Assembly (NCBI GenBank): GCA_964519305.1
Contig: CAZFHY010000016.1
Span: 42,592 to 106,591 of the forward strand
From: Candidatus Undinarchaeota archaeon
GTDB taxonomy: Archaea > SpSt-1190 > JASMDC01
Direction of reading: 5' to 3'
DNA length: 64,000 nucleotides
Part shown: positions 38,887-48,027 of the stretch, one piece after another
Numbering within the stretch: position 1 is the first letter of the stretch
How the letters are laid out: each line of letters begins with the position of its first letter
The notes under the pieces: model-generated
Told to the model about the DNA's origin: nothing
Databases searched by the model: none
The model's input: the letters and a program-made list of their open reading frames with translations, nothing else
Translations under genes and position numbers: made by a program

Positions 38887-39063
38887 CTACTCCTCTTCGT
38901 ACGTGATGAAAACGCGGAGCGTCCCGGTCGTGCCGATGTAATTGATCGACATGTTGACCAGGTTCTCCCGGCCGATCTTGTTGAGGAACTTCTCTGCCTC
39001 GGCAAGGGTCTTATCGTTCGAGCCAGGGAGTATACTGCCACCAAATCCGATAATCTTGATCAT
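38887..39063 (-). CDS. 58-aa hypothetical protein (below the ORF-track cutoff)
   Basis: MIKIIGFGGSILPGSNDKTLAEAEKFLNKIGRENLVNMSINYIGTTGTLRVFITYEEE; host-like codons. Confidence 0.7.
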   Translation of the reverse strand: MIKIIGFGGSILPGSNDKTLAEAEKFLNKIGRENLVNMSINYIGTTGTLRVFITYEEE

Positions 39064-39318
39064 GTTGCCACCGTTTTCAGATGAGATACCGCACAGTTAT
39101 ATGAACCTTATGATAAGGGTAGCCAAGACCGTTCCTGTTCTCAGTTAACATTGTTAAGTCGATAATGCGGAGAAAAGATTATCCGATCCGGCCGATATCC
39201 GCGTTACCAGGACCGTCTTTCACGCTCTGACGCGATCGATCATGACTTCTACGCGGACGTCCCCCCTTCCAACAATATTCAAATAACTGAACCTCCTACA
39301 ACTGCACTGGGAAGGTAA

Positions 39319-40206
39319 ATGGTGGACGATCTATCGGTTTTCAAGTCCGACGAGGGGAAGTCCGACTACCTGGCCGCCTACGACCGCACGCTGGATACAT
39401 GGCCCGTGCCCTACGAGTCACGGTTCATCGAGACCAGGTACGCGGACACGCACGTATTGATCTCCGGACCCGAGGACGGCGAGCCTCTGGTGCTCATGCA
39501 CGGCAAGGGGGGCTCGGCCACCATGTGGGTGTCCAATATCGTGGGTCTGTCCTGCGATTACAGGGTCTACTGCATCGACATGCTGGGCGACGTTGGGAAG
39601 ACCACGACGAAGGAGTTCTTCACCGACAGGGCCGGGTTCGCAGAGTGGCTCACAGAGGTCCTCGACGGGCTCGGGATCGACAAGGCCAACATGATGGGCC
39701 TCTCGATGGGCAGCTATCTTACCGCCTGCTACGCGCTGGAGCGGCCGGACCGACTGAAAAAGATCGTGCTGCTGGCCCCGGCGGCCACCTTCTCCCCCTT
39801 CAGCAGGGGGTTCACGCTCAAGGCGATTCTATCCAACGTGATCGGGTCCGATTATTTCATCAGGAAGTTCCTCCTGGCAATGAGCTCCACGGACAGCTAC
39901 TTCGACGGCGAGATGATGTCACAGATGGTCCTTGGTCTGAGGTACGACCGGTTCAGTATGAAGTGGGGTCTTCCGGAGATCATGCCCGACGAGGAGCTGG
40001 CGGCCATTGCGGTGCCCACCCTGCTCATGGTCGGCGAGAAAGAGTCGGTCAACCGGTTAGCCCCGACCCGGGTCATCGAGCGGGCCGAGAAGCTGGTCCC
40101 GGGCATACAGACCAGGCTCGTCCCCGACGCGGTCCATATGCTCAACGAGGAGGCGCCGGCGATGGTCGAGAACGTGGTGCTGGCGTTCCTCGCACAGGAC
40201 GAGTAG
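39319..40206 (+). CDS. alpha/beta hydrolase
   Basis: LVLMHG, GLSMG nucleophile elbow, PDAVHMLN. Confidence 0.92.
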   Translation: MVDDLSVFKSDEGKSDYLAAYDRTLDTWPVPYESRFIETRYADTHVLISGPEDGEPLVLMHGKGGSATMWVSNIVGLSCDYRVYCIDMLGDVGKTTTKEFFTDRAGFAEWLTEVLDGLGIDKANMMGLSMGSYLTACYALERPDRLKKIVLLAPAATFSPFSRGFTLKAILSNVIGSDYFIRKFLLAMSSTDSYFDGEMMSQMVLGLRYDRFSMKWGLPEIMPDEELAAIAVPTLLMVGEKESVNRLAPTRVIERAEKLVPGIQTRLVPDAVHMLNEEAPAMVENVVLAFLAQDE

Positions 40207-40266
40207 GTCTCTTTCTGCATTTAAAGTATGGATGCACTGGGACATGAGCTAGTAAAGGTGATCATC

Positions 40267-40701
40267 ATGCAGGAGACCAAGGAACAGAACAAGTCGATGG
40301 TGAAGCGCTACTTCCAGGCCTGGAACAACAGGGACTTCAAGGCCATGAGGGAGATGCTGGCACCCGACTATCAGTTCACGCTTCTCACCAACCCTCCCAA
40401 CACCATCTCCCGTGAGAAGATGCTGGGGTTCGCGCAGAGCATGACCCTGGGCATCCCCGACCTGAAGGTGAACATCCACCAGATGGTGGCCGAGGGCGAC
40501 ACTGTGGTGGTCAGGTCCACGCTCACCGGCACCCATGAGGGCGATTTCCAGGGACAGCCGGCCACAGGTAATAGGATCGAGGTCTCATCCATGTTCACCT
40601 GCCGCGTCAAGAACGGCCGCATCGTGGACGAGAAGGAGATCGTGGACACTCTCGGCTTCTCAGAGCAGCTCAAGCCGAAAGAGGAACGGCCCGAAGTATA
40701 A
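40267..40701 (+). CDS. SnoaL-like ester cyclase (NTF2-like)
   Basis: PDLKVNIHQMVAEGDTVVVR...GTHEGDFQGQPATGNRI. Confidence 0.9.
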   Translation: MQETKEQNKSMVKRYFQAWNNRDFKAMREMLAPDYQFTLLTNPPNTISREKMLGFAQSMTLGIPDLKVNIHQMVAEGDTVVVRSTLTGTHEGDFQGQPATGNRIEVSSMFTCRVKNGRIVDEKEIVDTLGFSEQLKPKEERPEV

Positions 40702-40703
40702 GG

Positions 40704-41675
40704 TCACCCGGAGACCGTCAGGTCCTGGTACCGGCTGTGGTCCTCGGGCTGCACCTTGTTCCCCTCACCGTCCAGATGGAACACCCGCACGACGAACCCG
40801 AACTCTCCCGTGGGGGCCGTGCTCGGTGTGAGCCTGTAGGCCTGCACGGTCTTCGAGGCGCCCGGGTCCAGGGTGAAGGTGAGGTCCTTCTCCTCAAGGG
40901 TCCACCCCGAGTTCTTGGTTACGACCACGAGCCCCTTGTTGCGGAGGAAGAAACCTGTGAGCACGAACGTGCCCGCTTCCGTGCCGTAGTTGGTCACCGT
41001 GGCCGAGAGCGTCCCCGGGCCGTTCAGGGTGTACTCCGTGGGGCCCCAGGTGTCGATCCGGGCGTACGGCCCTTCCCTGGTGGTCGCCATGGTGTTCATG
41101 ACGTAGACCGCGACAAGGACGACCAGGATGAAGCCCCCGGCCACGAGCGGGTCCACGTAAAGCCCCTTCTTCTCGGGGGCGGGCGCCTTCACCGGTGTCT
41201 CCTTCACCTCCGCCTTCGGTGCGTGCACGGAGGGTCTGGCCTCGGGTGCCTTCTCGACCGGTGCCTCGACCTTCTCGGCTGTCGGTCCCTTCCCGGTAAG
41301 CTCTCCTAGTGCGCTGTGGTTGAGCACCACGAGGATGAGCCCCAGGGCGGCGAAGGTGCGGGCGAACTCACGAAGGTTACTGGTCCTCACGCTCAGAGGG
41401 CTGCCCAGGTCCTGCTCCTCGGCCGCAGCATTTGCCGCGTCGTAGTACAGGGCCCCGAGGATGCCCGGGACCAGCAGGAGCACACCGATGACGGCCAGCC
41501 CCCGTCGCAGCCGGGCGTTCTCTGCAGGAGGCCGCCCTAAAATGGCGCCCACGAGCATGAGCGGACCACCTATCACGTACCCCCGCGCACCTGCGACAGG
41601 GAACCAGAAGATGAACATCCCGATAAGGAGGATGACCACGCCCACGACAGCGCGGACGGCGTAGGTGAGGCCCAT
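40704..41675 (-). CDS. membrane protein with a C-terminal Ig-like domain
   Basis: Five TM segments, AP/EK-rich linker, SATVTNYG...TLDPGASKTV. Confidence 0.75.
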   Translation of the reverse strand: MGLTYAVRAVVGVVILLIGMFIFWFPVAGARGYVIGGPLMLVGAILGRPPAENARLRRGLAVIGVLLLVPGILGALYYDAANAAAEEQDLGSPLSVRTSNLREFARTFAALGLILVVLNHSALGELTGKGPTAEKVEAPVEKAPEARPSVHAPKAEVKETPVKAPAPEKKGLYVDPLVAGGFILVVLVAVYVMNTMATTREGPYARIDTWGPTEYTLNGPGTLSATVTNYGTEAGTFVLTGFFLRNKGLVVVTKNSGWTLEEKDLTFTLDPGASKTVQAYRLTPSTAPTGEFGFVVRVFHLDGEGNKVQPEDHSRYQDLTVSG

Positions 41676-41778
41676 GGCGGACGTGTGCCCGACAGATGAT
41701 AAAAAGGTTACATGCCGGGCTACGTGCCCCGTTCAGAGCGCTCACGCTGACCGGTAGGTCCTTATACGGACGTCCGCA

Positions 41779-43923
41779 CTACGCGATGACCATCGAGACC
41801 TTGTCCTTCATGGACTTCAGGGTCTCTCCGAGCTTCTTCTGGCGAACACGCAGTCGGATGACGTCCTTCTTGACGTCCTCGAGGTCCGCTGCTGCCGAGA
41901 TGGCGTCGCCCATGGAGAGCCGGATGCTCTCGTTCTCGGTCTTGACCACACGCATCTCCTTCTCGAACACTTCGAGGCGCCGCTCGACCTTGTGGACCAC
42001 GTCGTCCATGAGGTCGGTCCCGCTACCGAGCGTCTTCTGGAACGCGCCGATCTTCTTGGCCAGCTCCTCGCCGGTGTACAGCACCTTCTGCTGGAGGCGG
42101 AACAGGTCGTCGATGCGCTTGTCGTGCTCGTCGATGGTCTTGCCGATCTCGCGGGAGCGCAGTGAGCCCAGCTCCAGGTCGTTGCGGTTGGCCAGCTTGG
42201 TGACGTCGCCCAGCGCCTTGGTGAGGGTGGTCATCGCCTCCTCGGCACGGTCGATACGCTTGAGCTCGCGCTCGTTCTTCGAGATGCGGCTCTCCACGCC
42301 GGTCACGAGCCGGCCGACCTTCCGGGTCATGGTGACCACGTTCTGGAAGTCGGCGCGCAGGGGGTCGAGGTTCTCGACCTTGAGCTCGAGCTTGGTGACC
42401 CTGGGCGGTAATGCGTTGAGCCCCTTGAACTGGTCCAGGAGCTTGGAAGATATGGCGATGAGGTCCTTGATCTGTGTGCCGTGCTCGTTGAGGTCCTCGC
42501 GGATGGCGGCGGTCTCCAGGCTGGTGGCGGCCTTGGACATGAACTCCTTGACCCGCATGAGGTCCTTGGAGATGGGGTCGATACCGTCGTTCTTGACGTC
42601 CTCGATCCGGTTGAGGGCCTCTACCTGGTTCGACTTGGTGAGCACCTCGACCGAGTTGAGCCGGTCGGTCAGCACCTTGGTGGAGTCGCCCAGCTGGTCC
42701 TCGATACGGGACACGCGTCCGACCAGCACCTCGCTGGTCCGTGACCTCTCGTCCAGCTCGGTGAGCTTGGAATCGACGCCGGAGAAGCGGTCGTCCATGA
42801 TGGTGTTCATGGTGCCCATGCGCTCGCCAAGGCGGTTCTCGGCAGCGCTCATCCGGGCGTCCACGCGTTCTTCGAGGCGGTTGACGGAGTCGTCCACGTC
42901 CACGCCGAGCGAAGTCTCGAGCGCGGAGAGCTTGTCGCCCAGCGGTGAGATCTGGCTCTCCACCAGACCTTCCAGCCGGGTGAGGCGGGCCTCGAGGTCG
43001 GGCGTCGACTGGAGCTTCTTCTCCACGCCCTCGACCTTCTTGTTCAGGCCGCTGACCCAGGTCGAAAGCGGGTCGAGCTTGCCGTCCACACGCGATTCCA
43101 GGCGGGACATGGTCTTGTCGACATCGAGCGTGACCTTCTCCTTGATCATGGCCACGTCATCGCGGAGCGGGCTGACCTGCTTGTTCAGGCTGTCCTCCAG
43201 CGTGTCGACGCGCTTGGTGAGGTCGCTGAACGTGGCTGCCCGTTTCTCCAGAGCCTCCATACGCGCGCCGATGCGGGCGTCGATCCGTTCCTCGATGGAG
43301 CTCTGGGAGTGGGTGATTGCCTCGGGCACGAAGTCCTTGATGGACCCGGTGATCTCCTCGACGCGGGCGATCCGCTCCTCCAGGCCTTCCTGGACGTTGA
43401 CGATACGCTCACCCAGCCCCTCCTGGACCGTGTCGATGCGGCCCGAGATGGGCTGCAGCTGGTTGTTCACCAGCTTCTCCAATAGCGTGATGCGGTCGCG
43501 CACCGCTGCGATGGACTCCTGACCCTTCTCGATGGGCTCGAGCCGGGTGACGACCTTCTTCTCGACCTTGGCCGATGACTTGTAGATCTCGATCTCCAGC
43601 GACTCGCGGAGCGAACGCAGCTCGTCAGAGATGGCCTTGATGGCGCCCTCGTTCTCCTGCGACGTGCGGCCCATCCGCTCTTCGACGGCCAGATAGTCCT
43701 CGGTGGACTTGAGCCCTTCCTGTTCGATCTTGACGAACCGGCCCTCGAGGTTGTTGAAACGCTCCACGAGAGCGGACGTCTTGTCCCCCTCGCTCAGCGC
43801 TTTGAGCAGTACCTGTCGCTGTTGGTTGGAGAACGCCTCGATGGCCTGGATGGCCTTGGAGAATGCGTGCATCTTATCCTCGATGGACAGGATTCTTTTA
43901 TCGAGAGCAATATCAGGAACCAC
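41779..43923 (-). CDS. long coiled-coil protein with internal repeats
   Basis: Heptad-rich over ~700 aa; repeated Q[LVI][QS]P[IL] and (L)EER[IV]DAR segments; no ATPase motif seen. Confidence 0.85.
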   Translation of the reverse strand: MVPDIALDKRILSIEDKMHAFSKAIQAIEAFSNQQRQVLLKALSEGDKTSALVERFNNLEGRFVKIEQEGLKSTEDYLAVEERMGRTSQENEGAIKAISDELRSLRESLEIEIYKSSAKVEKKVVTRLEPIEKGQESIAAVRDRITLLEKLVNNQLQPISGRIDTVQEGLGERIVNVQEGLEERIARVEEITGSIKDFVPEAITHSQSSIEERIDARIGARMEALEKRAATFSDLTKRVDTLEDSLNKQVSPLRDDVAMIKEKVTLDVDKTMSRLESRVDGKLDPLSTWVSGLNKKVEGVEKKLQSTPDLEARLTRLEGLVESQISPLGDKLSALETSLGVDVDDSVNRLEERVDARMSAAENRLGERMGTMNTIMDDRFSGVDSKLTELDERSRTSEVLVGRVSRIEDQLGDSTKVLTDRLNSVEVLTKSNQVEALNRIEDVKNDGIDPISKDLMRVKEFMSKAATSLETAAIREDLNEHGTQIKDLIAISSKLLDQFKGLNALPPRVTKLELKVENLDPLRADFQNVVTMTRKVGRLVTGVESRISKNERELKRIDRAEEAMTTLTKALGDVTKLANRNDLELGSLRSREIGKTIDEHDKRIDDLFRLQQKVLYTGEELAKKIGAFQKTLGSGTDLMDDVVHKVERRLEVFEKEMRVVKTENESIRLSMGDAISAAADLEDVKKDVIRLRVRQKKLGETLKSMKDKVSMVIA

Positions 43924-43984
43924 AGCTCTAACCCATTGGAAGATACCTACTCTTCCTTTATAAAATGTTGGGCGCGGCCGCCGT

Positions 43985-46129
43985 TTACTCTCCCTGACCG
44001 GTGAAGTAGAACCGCTCTGCCCAGGGTTTGGGGAGCTGGGCGACGTCCCGGTGGCTCATGCCGCCTGCCCACATACCAGGCGCGACGGCCTTCTGGGCAC
44101 CTGCTGTGCTGTACAGCGACTCCATGAACGTGGCCCGTGCGCCCTGGTAGAGGAACGAGCGGTCCATGGCCGAGTAGAGACCCTCGTTGGGGTACTCGCT
44201 CAGGCTCTGCTGTTCCGCCTTCTCCTTGTAGTACTCGCCCGAGGCCTGGTCGTAGCCCCACTCCTTGGCCACACCGAGCTCGGACCCGTACTTGGCGTAG
44301 AAAGGCTCGGCACCCGCGGTGACCCAGTTGGCGAGCGTCTGCTCGGTGTCCTCGGTACCGCCCTCGCCGGGCTCGATCGTGATGACGGGCACGTCCTCGA
44401 TGATGCCCTTGCTCTTGGCCTCCTTGAGCTTCTTCTTGATGTCGTCCATGAGGCCGGGGTGCTTCTGGGTGATGGCATCGCCCCGCGAACCCATGGCCAC
44501 GTGCTGGTGAGCTGTCCCACCGTAGGCGTTCACGGGTCCACCAGAAACGTGGACGTTGAAGAGCGGAACGCCGGGGAGCTTTTCCCCGGTCTCGGGGTCG
44601 ACCTCCGGCTTCTGCAGCTCCTCCATGAACTTGACCGGGTCCTTTCCGGTGGACGCGTGGAGGATGTCGTAGGTCATCCCGATGACCTTCTCCGGGTTCT
44701 TGATGCCCTTGCGCTTGGCGATCGCCCAGATCTGCTTGAGCGCCTTCTTGAAGTGGATGGGCTGGGAGAAGTACGGCGAACCCAGCACACCGGTGGCGAG
44801 GTTCGTCATCTCCATGTTCTCGAGGCCGATCTTGGTCTCGCCCTCGTTGAGCACGGACTTGATGTCCTCGTCGTCCAGAAGGATCTCGAAGGACTTGGTG
44901 AGCGTGGTGAGGAACGTCTTCTCGGTAATGGGCTTGTACCGCGCGTCGAACCCTCGAAGGCCGGGGTTCCACTTGTTGGCCTGCTCGCGCAGGTGCTTGA
45001 GCCCGGTCTTGCCGTCTTTCAGCAGGTAGTCCTCGACGAGGTCGGGGGTGAGATGGAGCTGGTTCACGTCGACTCCCTGGTCGTTGGCGATCTGCTCCTT
45101 GATAGAGGCCAGCTGCTTGCCCACGGTGTCGACGACGTTGTTATCGCCGCCGGGACCACCGCCTCCGCCACCGCCGCCCGCGCCGCCACCGAGGAAGGGT
45201 GCAAAAGCACGTTCCGCGTACGGCCGCACGTGTGCCGGCGAGGCGTCCTGGTAGGGTCCCCGGTCCGACAGGGCGGAACGGAACCCGGCCTTGGCCAGCG
45301 CCGTGATCTCGGCCTTCTTCTCCTCCTCGGAGAGCTTGGGGTTCTCGGCGATCTTGGCCGACATGTGAACGAAATTGTTGAAGTGCTCCTGGGCTATGGC
45401 CATGGGGAGATGGTTCTCCTTGGCCTCTTTGTAGAACCCGAAGAGCTGGGTCATACCCTGCAGGAACTTCATGTACAGCTCGATGCCCGTAGAGTAGATG
45501 GCTGCATCGACCTCTGCGGCCCCCTTGCCGAAGGCCTGTTCCAGGGTCCGGCGCATGTGCGCCTTACGCCAGGCTTCCATCTGCTTGAAGTACTGTGGAG
45601 TGTACCAGCCCACCCGCTCGGCGGTCTCGTTGCGCTGGCTCATTTCCGCCTCGCCGCCGCCGTACCATGGCGCGCGGGTCTCGGGCGTGAAGAGAACGGT
45701 GTCGAAGAAGGCATTGCCGCCCTGCATGGTGGTGGGATGGACGGTGACCACGTTGGCCTTGATATCCCGGGCATATAGAAGGGTGTGTTTCAGCTCCCGG
45801 ATCGACTGCATTCTCTTGTTGGGCGTGGGCCAGGTAAGGTCCACCGATAGACCTGCGTGGACGGTGGCCTCGCCACCCATCTCCTCCACGATCTCGCGTA
45901 CCTGCTGGCGCTGCCAGATCGGGACGTCCTCTGCCTTGGTGTCCTCCGGACCCTTTCCGGTCCACCGGAACATGCCGATTTCGGCGTTGACGACGCCCGT
46001 CTCGAAGGTCTTGCGCAACCGGTCGAGGATCATACCTTCCTCGGTCTTCGGAGTGACCGACGCCGACGGCCTTGTCGGCAGGTCCTTCATCCAGTTCTTG
46101 GCACGCTTCTTCAGCTCTTCGAAGCCCAT
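43985..46129 (-). CDS. sugar phosphate isomerase/AP endonuclease 2-type TIM-barrel protein with a large helical insertion
   Basis: AEIG, TVHA, VTVHP, IGLEN, MTYDILHA, VHVS...HQH, ITIE metal motifs; poly-Gly tract. Confidence 0.75.
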   Translation of the reverse strand: MGFEELKKRAKNWMKDLPTRPSASVTPKTEEGMILDRLRKTFETGVVNAEIGMFRWTGKGPEDTKAEDVPIWQRQQVREIVEEMGGEATVHAGLSVDLTWPTPNKRMQSIRELKHTLLYARDIKANVVTVHPTTMQGGNAFFDTVLFTPETRAPWYGGGEAEMSQRNETAERVGWYTPQYFKQMEAWRKAHMRRTLEQAFGKGAAEVDAAIYSTGIELYMKFLQGMTQLFGFYKEAKENHLPMAIAQEHFNNFVHMSAKIAENPKLSEEEKKAEITALAKAGFRSALSDRGPYQDASPAHVRPYAERAFAPFLGGGAGGGGGGGGPGGDNNVVDTVGKQLASIKEQIANDQGVDVNQLHLTPDLVEDYLLKDGKTGLKHLREQANKWNPGLRGFDARYKPITEKTFLTTLTKSFEILLDDEDIKSVLNEGETKIGLENMEMTNLATGVLGSPYFSQPIHFKKALKQIWAIAKRKGIKNPEKVIGMTYDILHASTGKDPVKFMEELQKPEVDPETGEKLPGVPLFNVHVSGGPVNAYGGTAHQHVAMGSRGDAITQKHPGLMDDIKKKLKEAKSKGIIEDVPVITIEPGEGGTEDTEQTLANWVTAGAEPFYAKYGSELGVAKEWGYDQASGEYYKEKAEQQSLSEYPNEGLYSAMDRSFLYQGARATFMESLYSTAGAQKAVAPGMWAGGMSHRDVAQLPKPWAERFYFTGQGE

Positions 46130-46225
46130 CTGGGTTCACGTCCTTGTCTATCCGGTCCTTCTTATCCGTTCGTTCTGTTCTTTACAGTGGTACCTCCGCT
46201 AGATAAGGTTTGTGGTTCCTGGTCC

Positions 46226-47071
46226 TTAGACCGCCAGGTACTTGAAGACGCTCTCGTTGCGCATCTCGAAGTCGTGTCCACCGGACACCTGCGGGTTCTT
46301 CACGGGCTCCATCCACTTGAACGACTGGCTTTCTGTGTCGTACACGGGGGTGTATGGCTGGCGCTTGACGCGCACGCCGTCGTGGTAGTCGGAGTCCATG
46401 GCCGACCAGGACTTGCGGTCGGTGGGCCGGAGGTCCATATCCATCTCGGCGAAGTCGGCCGAGTAGCAGTTGATACCCTTCGCGACGGGCTCCCCCCAGG
46501 GGTTAAGGAGGTAAGACTCGCCTATACCGAGGTACACGCTCTGCTTGTCGCTGTCCTCGCTCACGGGCTGAGTGACCGTGACGAGGTCAAAGTAGTTGAC
46601 CTGGATCTTGGCGCCATCCGGCGTTTCCATTTCGATGACTATGTCATCGGCCTTGTCGAGTTCGTCATCCTTGAGGACGCGGCCCTTGTCGTCCAGGGCG
46701 TAGGCCCTGGCGTTCTTGGCCTCTACGTACTTGCCGTCCTTGTTAGGCATGACAAAGTGACCGTTCTCTGCGACGTACTTGATACCGACCCCGTCCTTGG
46801 TGCCGGCGTAAAGGTTAGCGGTGACGTTACCCTCTAGGTAATCCTTGGGCTCGGCCCCGAAAAGGGCAGAGTAGGCGTTGTCCTTGTAGACGTCGTAGAC
46901 GTTGCGAAGGAGAGAGAGAGGGCCACGGTAAATGGACTTCTGGATGTCGTTTGTAATAGGATCTGACCCCCCCCGCTCGCGGTCCATCTCCGCGCGGTAC
47001 GAGTCAACCCATCCATCAAGGCCATCCATCATAATTTGTAACCCCCGTTCGTCACCAGACGATAGTAACAT
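46226..47071 (-). CDS. hypothetical protein
   Basis: Coding-like ORF; TATATAAAG box ~20 nt upstream. Confidence 0.75.
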   Translation of the reverse strand: MLLSSGDERGLQIMMDGLDGWVDSYRAEMDRERGGSDPITNDIQKSIYRGPLSLLRNVYDVYKDNAYSALFGAEPKDYLEGNVTANLYAGTKDGVGIKYVAENGHFVMPNKDGKYVEAKNARAYALDDKGRVLKDDELDKADDIVIEMETPDGAKIQVNYFDLVTVTQPVSEDSDKQSVYLGIGESYLLNPWGEPVAKGINCYSADFAEMDMDLRPTDRKSWSAMDSDYHDGVRVKRQPYTPVYDTESQSFKWMEPVKNPQVSGGHDFEMRNESVFKYLAV

Positions 47072-47174
47072 AGTGTCGTTTGTTCTTTATATAGTTTTCC
47101 TATTAACCCCCTTTTCGAACCAATCTAGTTATAATCTTCGCACCGATAAATACCTTTCCCATGGGTGGTATCGC

Positions 47175-47411
47175 ATGAAGCTGGACGGATTTCTCGAATC
47201 TCGTATCAACGACCTCGGCCCGGATGATGTAGTTGAGATCATTGTGATCGTGCAGGGGGACCTGAGTATGGACGAGATAAGGCCTGCACTCTCCGAGTAC
47301 GACGTCGTGGAGGAGTACCCCTTCAGCCGCTCGTTCCTTATTCGGGCCAACCGTGCAGCTATCCGTGCTCTCGAGGGCAAGGATTTCGTGGAGGCCATCA
47401 ACGAGGCGTGA
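47175..47411 (+). CDS. small protein resembling a subtilase propeptide/I9 inhibitor fold
   Basis: KLD..L...VEIIV...VVEEYPFSRSFLIRANRAAIRALEGKDFVEAI. Confidence 0.6.
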   Translation: MKLDGFLESRINDLGPDDVVEIIVIVQGDLSMDEIRPALSEYDVVEEYPFSRSFLIRANRAAIRALEGKDFVEAINEA

Positions 47412-47654
47412 CACTCTGTCACTCATTTCGTATCCTCTCATTATTCAGTTGCATTTAAAATTCGGAAGAATTGGCTGAATTGGGCTCTAAATCGGATGTG
47501 AACGGCGTATTAAGCTCTGGTTCTTTAAGGAGCGAGTCTAGATTTATAAACAACGAATCTCGCAGGCGAAGGACTTTTAAATCTAGGCTCTGACTAAGAT
47601 TTGCTACGAGGGGAAAGCAATTTCCCCCTCACCCCCAGCAAGGAAGGAAATACT

Positions 47655-47966
47655 ATGGCTAGAGAGGAGAAGGACGAATTATTGGGCCTCTTTTTCAAAA
47701 AGAAGGCTACAAAGATCTTTCTTTCGCTAAATGGAGGCGGTCCTCCCGTGCGCTACGTTCGTGCCATCTCGAAGTGCGCCGATACGGAGTACGCCCACAC
47801 GCTGCGCGTCCTTCAACGGTTCCGGGAAATGGGGCTGGCTAGCACCATCAAGCTGGGTCGGACCAGGCTCTACGAGCCTACCGAAAAGGGTGAAGAGGTC
47901 GCTGACCTTATCGATAGTGTCATCGAGACCGCGGACGACCACGCCGAGCACAAGCACCACAACTAG
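47655..47966 (+). CDS. winged helix-turn-helix transcriptional regulator
   Basis: YAHTLRVLQRFREMGLASTIKLGRTRLYEPTEKGEEVA; AGGAAGG RBS. Confidence 0.85.
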   Translation: MAREEKDELLGLFFKKKATKIFLSLNGGGPPVRYVRAISKCADTEYAHTLRVLQRFREMGLASTIKLGRTRLYEPTEKGEEVADLIDSVIETADDHAEHKHHN

Positions 47967-48027
47967 CACCGCGTTCGGCGACAACGTACCTCTACCGTGG
48001 CAGGATCACCGTTGTCGTTATACTGCA

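Noticed and set aside
35048-40701. Acyltransferase/MDR/GGT/hydrolase/SnoaL block as a biosynthetic cluster
   Set aside because: Common stand-alone enzyme families in mixed orientation with no scaffold-forming enzyme.
41515-41540. RPPAEN in the 40704-41675 membrane protein as another PPAN member
   Set aside because: Different spacing, no matching leader, and located in a loop of a multi-TM protein.
41696-43522. 608-aa Ser/Arg-rich ORF on the + strand
   Set aside because: Antisense shadow of the coiled-coil gene; its composition is what GC3-biased codons give on the opposite strand.
44051-45778. 575-aa + strand ORF (and similar long overlapping ORFs such as 13837-15402, 37132-38448, 52550-53800 and 53889-55172)
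   Set aside because: Antisense to well-supported genes, with no motifs; expected in high-GC DNA.
47412-47600. AT-rich intergenic region as a replication origin
   Set aside because: No ORB-like repeats and no cdc6/orc1 nearby; better explained as a promoter region.
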